From assembly GCA_963788655.1 (NCBI GenBank), contig CAWBHS010000049.1:96001-160000 (forward strand): a stretch of DNA of 64,000 nucleotides, given 5' to 3'. The stretch comes from an uncultured Verrucomicrobiae bacterium. GTDB lineage: Bacteria; Verrucomicrobiota; Verrucomicrobiia; Limisphaerales; JAFGQR01. The stretch's first letter is position 1; each line of letters begins with the position of its first letter. The translations under genes and the position numbers were made by a program. Positions 1 to 9,659 of the stretch are shown here, in pieces. Below the pieces are notes generated by a model, which was not told the origin of the DNA, searched no databases, and saw only the letters and a program-made list of their open reading frames with translations.

Positions 1-99
1 CCTTCAACCAGCAGACGCAATGAACAACCTTGGTGCCATCGCTGTTGACGAATTCGCAACTCTACCATCATACTTTCGCCGACTTTTACCGCCGCCCTA

Positions 100-444
100 A
101 TGAAATTGCCCAATGCGAACCTCGCGCTGGTCGAGCGGGAGAAAATTGTGAATTATTTGCTGAACGCTTCCCATCGGTACGGTTCCAGCAAAGCGCGGTT
201 CTTTGCCGGTTACGGATTCCGGGTAGAGGAGTGGGCGGTGCTGGCCGAGGCACTGCGGCGGCATGGTCAAGACCACGAGGTGAGCAAGGTAACCTGAAAC
301 CGCGTTCGGGCCACGTTATCAAGTGGAAGGCGAAATCAATGCCCCCAATGGCCGCCGTCTTCGCCTTTGCACGGTCTGGCAACTGGACGAAGGGCAGGTT
401 GCGCCGCGACTCATTACCGCCTATCCTGTGGAGGCAAACTATGA
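100..444 (+). CDS. DUF6883-like putative toxin, frameshifted near 295
   Basis: MKLPNANLALVEREKIVNYLLNASH..GSSKARFF continues in another frame as ETAFGPRYQVEGEI..VWQLDEGQVAPRLITAYP. Typical partner of DUF4926. Confidence 0.65.
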
Positions 445-671
445 TTAAAGAACACGATTGCGTCGTCCTGAAAGTGGACCTGGCCGAGGAAGGATTAAAA
501 GCCGGGGACATTGGAGCCGTCGTGCATATCCACGCGGACGGCGCCGGCTACGAAGTCGAGTTCATGACCCTGGCCGGGGAACCCCTGGCCGTCGTTACGC
601 TGTTGCCATCGCAATTACGTTCCATCGCCCGAAGAGACGTAGCCCATGTGCGGGAACGGGCCATCGCCTGA
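441..671 (+). CDS. DUF4926 family protein (putative antitoxin/immunity)
   Basis: MIKEHDCVVLKVDL..GLKAGDIGAVVHIH..GYEVEF motif; overlaps the stop of the upstream gene. Confidence 0.8.
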   Translation: MIKEHDCVVLKVDLAEEGLKAGDIGAVVHIHADGAGYEVEFMTLAGEPLAVVTLLPSQLRSIARRDVAHVRERAIA

Positions 672-930
672 ATTGCGGGCATACTGGAATATTCTGATAA
701 TCAAAGCCGCCGGACACACCTCGTCCCCCCTCCCCCTGGCTGCCGACGCAAAGGGGATACGGGAAGAGCGCGCATCGCCCGACGTTTGCGGCCCGAGACC
801 ACGATGAGTTTGGATTGAGTCGCGAACCGTCTGTGGATGGGTCGCATAAGCATGGTGAGGCACCGCCAGCGGTCGCATAAACGAAGAATGCAAAACTGCA
901 AATTGTCCTGACTGACAAATTCTCGTTTTC

Positions 931-1152
931 GCCTCCCCCTTGGCTCGTCGAAATAGTGCCGCATCGCCCCAAGGTCGCCAGGAACTGTCGCCGATCCTAG
1001 TCCTCGCGCAAGATTGGTTCCCGTCGATCGCCCCGACCTGATCGGGACTTCAGTCCAGGCTCAGGAAATGATACATCGCTCACCGATACTCCACTCTGAG
1101 CCTGCGCGTCATGCCGGCCAACCTGCCTATCATTATCAAGAATACCGTTTAC
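931..1152 (-). repeat. RAYT leader + 5' fragment, copy 1
   Basis: The reverse strand from ATG 1112 reads MTRRLRVEYR*AMYHF..RGDRREPILRED*DRRQFLATLG. Upstream motif tcaagaataccgtttac. Confidence 0.85.
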
Positions 1153-1175
1153 GGGCGACGCTGAAGAAAAGAAGT

Positions 1176-1555
1176 TCAGGAAAGCACGGCCACGCCATAT
1201 TTCTCGAACTGTTCGTCGGTCGTCACGACCGTCAAGTCCTGCAGCGTGGCCGCAGCGACAATGAAACGGTCGCAAGGGTCGTCGTGAATGGGCGAAAGTC
1301 CGGCCGCCGCAATGCACACATCCAATTCAAGCGGCAGAACGGTCAGCCCATGATGCTCGACCGCTTTCTTCAAACCACTCCTGCGGCGGGCTGCGGCAGC
1401 TTCAATTTTCCTCTGGTGGCCTTGATAGCGATTTCAAAACCGCTGATGGCGGAAACATAAACCGCCGGAGCGGCGTTGATTTCTTTCAACGCGGAGCGGC
1501 TCAGTTTCTTATTGCCGCTGGCGAGCCAGAGCAGGGCGCAGGTGTCCAGAATCAT
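1176..1555 (-). CDS. VapC/PIN toxin, frameshifted near 1375
   Basis: MILDTCALLW..VSAISGFEIAIK..GKL and then HDDPCDRFIVAAA..LTVVTTD. Confidence 0.85.
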
Positions 1556-1784
1556 CGCGCCGCCTCCGGCCATTCATCCTGGCCAGCGGCTCCACCGGAT
1601 CATACCCGATTTTGATTTGTCCGAGCACGGGATGCGGTTTGATCCGGCTCGCTCGGTGGTGCGGCACAAGATCAGCGACCGGCTCCCCGTTGCGGCAGAT
1701 GACGATGGTTTCGCTGTCCGCTTCCAGTTTGGCCAGCAGGCTGGAAAAATTGGTTTTCGCTTCGTGAACATTTACCGTCTTCAT
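1552..1784 (-). CDS. Phd/YefM family antitoxin (3' frameshift)
   Basis: MKTVNVHEAKTNFSSLL..ETIVICRNGEPVADLVP; directly upstream of the PIN toxin. Confidence 0.85.
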
Positions 1785-1879
1785 GCCGGACCATGTTAGT
1801 CCAGTTAGTCCATCATTACAACAAAGGCTCGGCCTTGATCGGCGCAGTGTCCGTCACGGTCACGGTCGTGGGAATTACC

Positions 1880-2180
1880 GTCATCGCCGTCTCTGACCGC
1901 ATTCGTCCGGCCACCGCCACTTCCATCGCCTCCCCCTTCTTGGCTCGCTGAAATAGTAACACGTCACCCCAGCGTCGCCAGGAACTACCGCCGGTCCTCG
2001 GCATCGCGCAAGATCGGTTCCCATCGAGTGCCCCGACCTGCTCGCGACTTCAGTCGGAGTTCATGAGATGATAAATCGCTCTTGGATACTCCCCTTTGAA
2101 CTTGCGCGCCATGCCGCCCACCCTGCCAAAACCTCACCAAACGATCAATTTCAAGAACGGACGCGTTTAAACCAGTTTAC
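1880..2180 (-). repeat. RAYT leader + 5' fragment, copy 2, possibly fused to a RAYT C-terminal remnant
   Basis: ATG 2112, MARKFKGEY..AIYHLM..EPILRDAEDRR*FLATLG. Followed by VAVAGRMRSETAMTV, which resembles the RAYT C-terminal 'RLRxETTMT' segment. Upstream motif tcaagaacggacgcgttta. Confidence 0.8.
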
Positions 2181-2199
2181 AGTGAAGCAGTGATCGAGG

Positions 2200-2636
2200 T
2201 CACGGAAGATCATCGCCTTCATCGAACGCCACCAGGCCGAGGTGATCCGCCGACGCCAAGGCTACGGCGGGACAGGTTGAGAAGATTTCGCGGCACTACC
2301 GATTGTGGGAGGAAAGCCCGGCCCGCCGTCCGCCAGCGTCTGCTGAACGGTCAAGCCTGAGCGAGCCGGGAAAGGGATTTCCCACGACTCAGAAGGGCGG
2401 CGCCGAAGGATCCGGCGGCACGGCCCACTGCTCGCGGCGCGGTCCATTCCAGCGCCCGTCAACTCGTTCGCTGGGCTGGGAGAGGCGGCGGCGGCCCTGG
2501 GTGCCCAGTGAGCGGGCGCCCAAGGCCCCCGCCTCTTTGGGAAATCTCTGCCCCAATTCCGCCGATTTTTGACTTGCCCAACCCTTCTGGCTGAGGCAGG
2601 GTCCAATCATTCAAAAAAGCAAATTCCTATGAGTTG
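2200..2636 (+). mobile_element. 3' remnant of an IS91-like element (transposase C-terminus plus oriIS-like end)
   Basis: KIIAFIERHQAEVI..EKISRHYRLWEES resembles the 12957-13148 peptide. Ends in aaaaaagcaaattcctatga|GTTG. Confidence 0.7.
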
Positions 2637-2799
2637 CCATCTATCAGTTCGAAGCAGCCCCCGGCAACCTCGACGCGGCTCGCTCCCACCTCGATGTCAG
2701 CTTTGCGATGGACAAAAAAACTCCGCGACTACGCCATGACAAACCCCGACCTCGACGTTATCCGTCCCGGCGACGTGATCTGCTGAATCCGGCACCCAC

Positions 2800-3036
2800 C
2801 TCTTCGCCACCGAACAAAGCCGCCCCATCACTGGCGACACCACCCGTGCTCCGCTCGAATGGCCCGGCTCTGACCTCGCCACCCTCGCCACTTTCGCCGG
2901 ACGCCCCCTCCGCATCCGCTTCCACCTCGAACGCGGCAGCCTCTACGCCTTCTGGGTCTCGCAGAAAAGCGACGGCACCAGCCGCGGCCACACCGCCGCC
3001 GGAGGCCCCGGCCTCCCCGGCCCCCTCGATGAATAA
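2800..3036 (+). pseudogene. Orphan 3' gene fragment (glycoside-hydrolase-like C-terminus)
   Basis: Frame ending GDTTRAPLEWPG..GRPLRIRFHLERGSLYAFWVS..GHTAAGGPGLPGPLDE*; no 5' part present. Confidence 0.5.
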
Positions 3037-3090
3037 GGGAGTTGAGAGAACCACGACCGCCACACGCTCACCATGACCGACATTGAACCG

Positions 3091-3122
3091 CGCAGCGTCC
3101 AGAAAGCAATTTCTATCAGTTC
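3091..3122 (+). mobile_element. Orphan IS91-type oriIS-like end
   Basis: cgcagcgtccagaaagcaatttctatca|GTTC closely matches the reverse complement of 12686-12714. Confidence 0.7.
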
Positions 3123-3153
3123 CTGGCGGGCATCGAAAGCAAAGGAGTAGCCC

Positions 3154-5426
3154 ATGATCGTCTGCAGCTATCACCTTGTCCAGCATTGCTCGTCGCGCAT
3201 TCTTCCCATCCTTGCGTTGGCTTGCCTGGTCGCCATGGCGAGTCAACTTCCGGGCGGCGAAGGAACTGCCGGTGAGTGGCCCGCAAAGGAACAGGCAGAC
3301 CTTCGGTCCCTGCACGGCCATGCGTCCGCGCTCAAGGTCGAAGCCCTGTGTGAACCGGTCAACTCGGTGATGAGCGGTGACCATATCCTGGTTCCCAATC
3401 CGGATGGCAAGACTTACGATCTGCTCAAGTTCTATTGGAAGAGATATGGCGGGCCCAACACCATCGTCAGCATGGATTGGGCACCGGCAAAGTGAAGGCC
3501 GTGGATACGGGAAGAGACTACTGCAACTTCCACCTGGCTCCCCAGGTGCTCGCGCGCAATGGCAAACTGTACCTCTCGATTCTCGGCGACCAAGTGCAGC
3601 AGCGGATCTGCGTGTATGATCCTGCGACCGATGAATTCAAGGTGGACGGGGTCAAGATGCCCGCGGAGATCCTGGGGGAGACGCACCCGATGGTATTGGG
3701 CCCGGATGGCATGATCTACTGCAGCGGCACGCACTGTTCGCGCAGCGTGACCGCCCTTCGCATCGATCCGGCCACGGATACGGTGGCGGAATTCTATGGT
3801 CCCTTGGGGCCCAGCCACGCGCCTTCCCCGTGCTGGGCCTACAGCATGGCCGTGGGCGACACCCACCTATACATCGCGAGTGGCAAGACGCCCTGGTGGC
3901 TGGTGGCATACGACCGCAACGCCAAGCAGGCGAAGGTGCTTCTGCAGAACGAGGATCCTGCGGGATATCTCGGTGTCAATCAGAACACCGGCGGTGGCAG
4001 TTGCTTTGTCAGAACCACCCAGGCGGGGGGCGGATTCACGGATGAGCGTTACTGGTTGTATCACGGCAAGGCGATCTCCATGACTGGCGACAAGCCGGTC
4101 CCGCCATGGCCCAAAGTCTCAGCGCCACCGGAGCAGCCGCCCCTTCCCGAGTTGTACTTTGTGGGCGCGGACCCTGACGTCAACGGTCAAGCAGTGATCT
4201 GGTGCCGCACTCCCGAGGACAAGGCCACGGCGGAAGCGGCCGCAGCAGCCAATCCTGCCTCAACCCCATCCGCTCCGCTTCCGTCTGCCGAAGAGGGGCA
4301 GCCGCCGGCTCTCCCGACCGATGCGGAGATGATGGCCGCTGGCTGGAAGGCCTTCCGCTTCAAGGTCGGGATGTATCCCTTGCGCATTGATCGTCTGGTG
4401 GAGATCCCGGATGGTCGCCTTTTGGGGACGGCTGGGGATTACCAGGGTAATTTCTACTATAATCCCAAGACCGGCAAGGCCGAGCATCCGGGCAAATGCG
4501 GCCTGAGCCATTACGCCACCGCCATTCTCGACGGCATGGTTTACATGAGTGGTTATCCCAGTGGCGTGCTGTATGAGCTGGATCCCGCCCGCCCCTGGAC
4601 CGCCAACAAGCGCCTCGATGCCACCCGGATCATCCGCGAAACCGATTCGGAAAGCAATCCGCGCCGCCTTACCTACCTGAAAAGTTCCGGCGCGAAAAAG
4701 ATGATGGCCGCAGCCGCGATCCCCGGGCGCGTTTACTTCGGCGGCATCTGGATGCGCGAGGGCAATTGGGGAGGACTGGGCTGGTGGGATGTCGCGACCG
4801 GCACCGAGGGCGGACTTTGGGAGCCATTTCGCAACCACCAGATCCGCTATATGGCCGCGGCGGACAAAGGTCGGGTGCTGGTCCTTTCTACCCTCCCGGT
4901 GGACAACGCGAGGACCGGGGAGAAGAAGGCGGAATCGGCCCCATTGTTCTTCTTCGACACCACTACCGATGCCCTGCTCGACGAGACGCTCATCCCGGTC
5001 CCGAAGGCACGCTGTACCGGCCCCGTGCTGGCCGTGGGCGGCAACCGGGTTATGGGCTGGACCGAGAACCCGGACGATCCCAAGGGATCGAGCATCCTTT
5101 ACGGCGTGGACGCGACGGCGCGCAAGCTCCTCTTCGCGAAGAAGCTTCCCTTCGCAATGCCCATGGATGTGGGCGGGTACCAGACAGATCCCTGGGATTT
5201 CCGACTGGGACCTGACGGCAAGGTCTGGACTTTCATCGAATACAGGTTGACGCGGATCGATCCCGCGGACGCCTCGCTCGAATTCCTGGGCTTCATCGAG
5301 CCCGGGGGTAGGATGGCGTTCGCCGGAGAGGACCTTTACCTCGGTGGCAAGGAAACGTTGCGTTACGTCCGGGGTCTGCTCGCTCCCGCCCAGGCTCCGA
5401 GAGCAACTCCGGAGCCTACCTACTGA
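3154..5426 (+). CDS. Secreted beta-propeller-like protein, frameshifted near 3470
   Basis: Signal-like N-terminus in ORF 3154-3495 joins the 663-aa ORF, which has repeated GPDGxxY/W propeller-type motifs. Confidence 0.65.
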
Positions 5427-5544
5427 CCATCAATCGCCAGCTCGCGTACAATGCCGAAGAGTTTCCTGACGGGCAACATTGGCCGCGCCGGCGGCACCGG
5501 AGATTCCGTTCCTGGACCAGAGCGGCGATTATCTCACGGGGTGC

Positions 5545-5688
5545 TCTTTTCGAAACGGCCCGTGGCGACCCTTGGCCCCAGTCCTTGCCATCCGGGCTGA
5601 CGTAAAACTCGTAGTCACCGATGACGCCTTTCTCGTGGCGTCCGTCCTGCCGGGGCAGGTAGGCGAAGCCGGTGATTTCGGCGTCCTC
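5545..5688 (-). pseudogene. Diverged duplicate of the F5/8 (discoidin) domain segment at 14638-14784
   Basis: EITGFAYLPRQDGRHEKGVIGDYEFYVSPDGKDWGQ versus EITGFAYLPRQDGRHVKGVIGDYEFYVSQDGQDWGQ. Confidence 0.9.
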
Positions 5689-5694
5689 CCCCAT

Positions 5695-5826
5695 AATGGG
5701 GTCAAACAGGTGACAGTTTTCCCTTGAGTGAGTCGGCTGCGTGGCAGGGCCAGAAAACCTCGGAGCGAATACGCCGGAGCGATTTATCATTTCATGAATC
5801 AGGGTGATCTGCAGGAGCCGATCTAC
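5695..5826 (+). repeat. RAYT leader + 5' fragment, copy 3 (opposite orientation, more divergent)
   Basis: ARKPRSEYAGAIYHFMNQGDLQEPIY, preceded by tggggtca. Confidence 0.8.
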
Positions 5827-5843
5827 GTAACTTGCGAAATGGC

Positions 5844-6248
5844 TCACGCACGAGCCGTTCGCCACAGCAGCGGCACCCCGCCCCACTGACGGATTCGCGT
5901 GTCATCGGAGATCAGCCGCAAGCCATGCACCAATGCGGTGGCGACAATCAACTGATCGGCCGGGTCCTTGTGAAAGCCTGAACTCTCCAAGGCCGTCACC
6001 CGCTCGGCAATGGCAGGCGTCACCGGCAGCACGGTCAGTTCTTGCGTGATGGCCAGCCGGAAAAACTCGGCCAGCGGGACGGATAATTGAAGTCGCCCCA
6101 GTTCCACCAACTTGGCGGCTTCCCAAAGCGAGATGTCGGCCAGAGCGAGCGTCGCCGCGTGGCGCGTCAGCGTTTGCTTCACCAGCGGCGGCAATGGCTC
6201 GTCCAGCGCCCGCTGAATCCAAACGTGCGTGTCCAGCAGATGGGTCAT
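5844..6248 (-). CDS. VapC/PIN toxin
   Basis: MTHLLDTHVWI..ISLWEAAKLVELGRL..FHKDPADQLIVATA..LISDD. Confidence 0.9.
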   Translation of the reverse strand: MTHLLDTHVWIQRALDEPLPPLVKQTLTRHAATLALADISLWEAAKLVELGRLQLSVPLAEFFRLAITQELTVLPVTPAIAERVTALESSGFHKDPADQLIVATALVHGLRLISDDTRIRQWGGVPLLWRTARA

Positions 6249-6454
6249 CGCGTCGTCTCCCAGTCCAGCCCGGTGCAAAAAAGATCGCCCGTAATCTTCG
6301 CCTTGCCTTTCAGGGCGCCCTGCCAGGTTTTGGGTTTGATGGCTTGGAAGGTGAAGTGTTGGCCCTCGGAGACGATATGCACCGTTTCCCCCGCGGCGGC
6401 CTTGGCTTTCATGCGGGCAAAGTCGCGTTGAAAATCGCGTGAAGTCACTTTCAT
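6245..6454 (-). CDS. Phd/YefM-like antitoxin
   Basis: MKVTSRDFQRDFARMKAKAAAGETVHI; ATGA overlap with the toxin. Confidence 0.75.
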   Translation of the reverse strand: MKVTSRDFQRDFARMKAKAAAGETVHIVSEGQHFTFQAIKPKTWQGALKGKAKITGDLFCTGLDWETTR

Positions 6455-6497
6455 GTCCGTCACTATGTCAGACAAGATCTCGATCGTCAACAATTTC

Positions 6498-6655
6498 AGG
6501 ATTGGTTCCCGTCGATCGCCCCGACCTGCTCGCGACTTCAGTCGGAGTTCATGAATAAAGAAATCGCTGCCAGATACTCCCCTCTGAGCTTGGGCACCAT
6601 GCCGCCACCCCCTGCCAAAACCTCCCCAACCTATCATTATCAAGACCCGTTTACG
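6498..6655 (-). repeat. RAYT leader + 5' fragment, copy 4
   Basis: ATG 6600, MVPKLRGEYLAAI..RGDRREPIL. Upstream tcaagacccgtttac. Shares the gacctgctcgcgacttcagtcggag insert with copy 2. Confidence 0.85.
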
Positions 6656-7113
6656 TTATCCCTTCCCGTCAAATGCTGCACATCGTCGAGGTCTTTTAGC
6701 CGGCCGCTTTTGATTTTGTTCCGAATGAGGTCGGACCGGCTGATGAGGTTTACTGGAATATCGTCAATGGTGGCCTGCGTCCGGCGGGCATAACACTCGG
6801 CGAATTCGCAAGCGGAGATCTCGGTCAGAATTTCGATCCGCGTAGGTTCCAAGCCCATGCGAATGATTTGTCCCTTCTGCAAAAAGAGATCCTCGGATAA
6901 TTCGGGCACGTTAAAACCGAATTCCTTGATCAAAGTGGCCATCTTTCTCGCATTCTCTGAATGAACGGCGATCCAGATGTCGAGGTCATTGGTGTTCCGG
7001 TAATACCCGTGGTAACAGACCGCGTAACCGCCGATCAACAGGTAATCAACGCGGTGTGAATTCAACAACTTCAAAAAATCTTGAAAGTCGGCGGGCAGTC
7101 GGGTCGTAGCCAT
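6640..7113 (-). CDS. Nucleotidyltransferase-fold protein (DUF6036-like, putative TA component)
   Basis: DFLKLLNSHRVDYLLIGGYAV..YRNTNDLDIW..DLIRNKIKSGRLKDLDD. Confidence 0.8.
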   Translation of the reverse strand: MATTRLPADFQDFLKLLNSHRVDYLLIGGYAVCYHGYYRNTNDLDIWIAVHSENARKMATLIKEFGFNVPELSEDLFLQKGQIIRMGLEPTRIEILTEISACEFAECYARRTQATIDDIPVNLISRSDLIRNKIKSGRLKDLDDVQHLTGRDNVNGS

Positions 7114-7267
7114 AAGCAATTTGTCGGCTCAATTCCAAAGCAGCCAAACGTTCGTCGGGCGTGCGAGAACGCCGATATTCCCGGTCCGCCTGCTCCGCCT
7201 CCGCCAGCGTGGTCACGGAGAACGCGGTCCGATCCACCCGAGCTTGATCCAGCAACGTATCTGCCAT
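7046..7267 (-). CDS. Small partner protein of the nucleotidyltransferase
   Basis: DRTAFSV..ADREY..RTPDERLAALELSRQIAYGYDP; overlaps the NTase start. Confidence 0.65.
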   Translation of the reverse strand: MADTLLDQARVDRTAFSVTTLAEAEQADREYRRSRTPDERLAALELSRQIAYGYDPTARRLSRFFEVVEFTPR

Positions 7268-7394
7268 GAAGGCAGCTTAACCAAAAGGGGGAGAGCAAAG
7301 CAAGGATCACATGACGGTTCGCAAACACACCGCCCGATGGTCAGCTTGCCATTGCCCGCTTGCCAGCGTGGGCCGGACGCGTCATCTTATGTCC

Positions 7395-7637
7395 ATGAAA
7401 ACAGCCAGTGTGCAGCAGGTGCCGCAGCGATGGACGGAAATCCTGGAATGGGTGGCCGCCGGTGAAGAAGTCGCCGTCACGCAGCAGGACCAGGTGGTGG
7501 CGAGGCTCGTGCCCGCTTCGTCCACACCCGCCACTCAACCGGATTTTCTGGCTCGCGCCAAGGCCATCTGGGGTGAGGAACCGTCGGGCAAACCGTTAAG
7601 CGAGTTGGTGACGGAAGCGCGCGGAGGCGAAGCGTGA
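7395..7637 (+). CDS. Phd/YefM family antitoxin
   Basis: MKTASVQQVPQRWTEILEWVAAGEEVAVTQQDQVVARLVP. Confidence 0.8.
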   Translation: MKTASVQQVPQRWTEILEWVAAGEEVAVTQQDQVVARLVPASSTPATQPDFLARAKAIWGEEPSGKPLSELVTEARGGEA

Positions 7638-8062
7638 CCTATCTCGACACCGGTTGTTTTGTCAAACTCTACTACCCCGAACCGGACAGTGCTCAGGTGA
7701 TTGCTGCCATCCAGGGAAAGCCGGTCTGCTTCACGCCACTCCATTAACTGGAATTTGTGAACGGGTTGCAACTGAAACGGTTCTTCCAGGGAGCAACGGC
7801 GACCCAAGTAGCGGCGGCCCGGGCGCTGGTGGAAGGTGACTTGAAGGCTGGCGTGCTCGTGCCGGTTGGCGGAAATTGGAATGGCATCTTCCAAGAGGCC
7901 GTGACATTGGCGGAACAGCACACTGACATGCTGGGTTGCCGGTCGCTCGACATCCTGCATTGCGCCGCGGCGAAAATGCTGGCGGTGAGTGAGTTCATCA
8001 GCACGGACATCCGGCAAAAGAAACTGGCCGTGGCCATGGGGTTGAACCTGGTGACGATTTGA
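7634..8062 (+). pseudogene. VapC/PIN toxin with in-frame TAA at 7745-7747
   Basis: GTG start, (M)TYLDTGCFVKLYYPE..TPLH*LEFVN..CRSLDILHCAAA..STDIRQ. Confidence 0.8.
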
Positions 8063-8067
8063 GAACG

Positions 8068-8263
8068 GCTCACCGAAATGTTCCGCTTCCCCCCAACGTC
8101 GCAATAAACCGCTGCCGATCCTCGTCATCGCGAAAGATCGGCTCCCGCCGGTCCCCTCGATTCATGAAATGATACATCGCTCCGAGATACTCCACTCTGA
8201 GCTTGCGCGCCATACCGCCTACCCTGCCAAAACCTTCCGCAACCTGTCAATATCAAGAACTGA
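8068..8263 (-). repeat. RAYT leader + 5' fragment, copy 5 (best preserved; leader interrupted by IS110)
   Basis: ATG 8213, MARKLRVEYLGAMYHFMNRGDRREPIFRDDEDRQRFIATLGEA. The leader resumes at 10147 (cccgttta). Confidence 0.9.
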
Positions 8264-8585
8264 TAAGCATCTAAAGATGATTGGAAAACGACTTATGATC
8301 GAGAGCGACTTGAGAGGGCGAACGGGGCTTGGTGATGGCGCTGTTCGGGCGGGCCTTGACGCGCCGATTCGCCGAGGCGGGGCGAGTCCGTTACGCGTGG
8401 CGACCGACGGCGACGCGAGCGGGAGGCTCGAACGCTCGTCGCCGTCGCTCGCCCGCCCCGGCGAATCTTCCGGCGCGAGCACGACGGGAATGCACGTGGA
8501 GCCGAGCGGGCCAGGTTTGTTAAGCTCGCGGCGAGCTGAGTGGTTCGCCCCTCAGAAAACAACGCAATGAAACGAATAACGAACC

Positions 8586-9654
8586 ATGAAAGAACCAAAT
8601 AAGACGCGCCGCAAAGCGCGACCGAAACCCGACCTCTATGGCGCCGTGGATCTGCACGGGAACAACGGCCTGTATTGCCTCATCAACCAACACGACGAAC
8701 GGGTGTTTCAACAACGTCTGCCCAACGATTTGCCGACGGTGCTCCAAGCCCTCAAACCGTTCCGCGACCGTTTAGTTCACGGCCTGGCCGTCGAGTCCAC
8801 CTTCAACTGGTATTGGCTGGTGGACGGGCTGGAGGCCCACGGCTACACCCTGCAACTGGTGAACCCCACCAAAGTGCAAACCTACAGTGGCCTCAAGCAG
8901 ACCAACGACAAAACCGACGCCTTCTGGTTGGCGCACCTGCAGCGCTTAGGCGTGCTGCCCACGGGCTACATTTACCCGAAAGCCCAGCGCGGCGCCCGCG
9001 ATCTGTTACGCCGGCGGATGTTCCTGGTGCAACAGCGCACGGCCCACGTGCTGAGTTTTAAGTCGCTGGTCGAACGCGAAACCGGTAATCACATCCCGGC
9101 CAACACCGTCAAGGCGCTGGCGACCGAGGAAGTGAGCCAGTGGGTGAATGGCAACGAAGCGGTGCTAATGGGGCAAACCAACGTGCGCGTCGATCGACTG
9201 TCTGGACGAACAAATTAAGCGCCTGGAACAAGCGGCCCAAGCCCAGCTCAAGCTGCTGCCCGACTACGAACGCCTCCAGCAGATTCCCGGCCTGGGCCCG
9301 ATCCTCAACCGGGTGATCATGCTGGAGACCGGACCGATCACGCGGTTTGCCGGGGCGGGCAATTACGTTTCCTACTGTCGGGGAGTGCGCGCGGAGAAAC
9401 TCTCCAACGACCGTAAGAAAGGCGAGAACAACCGCAAGTGCGGGAACAAGTATCTGGCCTGGGCCTGGATGGAAGCAGCGCATTTTGCGATCCGCTACAG
9501 CCCGGAAATCAAAGCGTGGTATCAACGCAAACTCAAACGCTGCGGCGGCCAGACGGCGATCGCCCTCAAAGCGGTCGCGGCCAAACTGGCCAAAGCGGCT
9601 TATTACCTCCTCAAGAATCAGGAAGATTTCAAGATGCAACAAGTCTTTGGCTAA
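8586..9654 (+). CDS. IS110 DEDD recombinase/transposase, frameshift near 9190
   Basis: AVDLH..AVESTFNWYW..KQTNDKTDAFWLA; C-terminal IPGLGPI..YVSYC..LSNDRKKG..GNKYLAWAWMEAA..KAVAAKLA. Confidence 0.95.
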
Positions 9655-9659
9655 GCTTT

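Noticed and set aside
700..900. c-di-GMP-I riboswitch (gacgcaaag at about 746)
   Set aside because: The preceding GAAA-tetraloop stem and the second stem are not evident, and there is no downstream gene in a suitable orientation.
1112..2112. Exact 1000-bp spacing of the start codons of RAYT copies 1 and 2
   Set aside because: The other copies show no such period, so it is treated as coincidence.
931..8263. The repeats as a CRISPR array or integron attC sites
   Set aside because: The units are 130-300 bp, irregularly spaced and encode a RAYT N-terminus. No cas or intI gene and no clear RYYYAAC/GTTRRRY pairs were seen.
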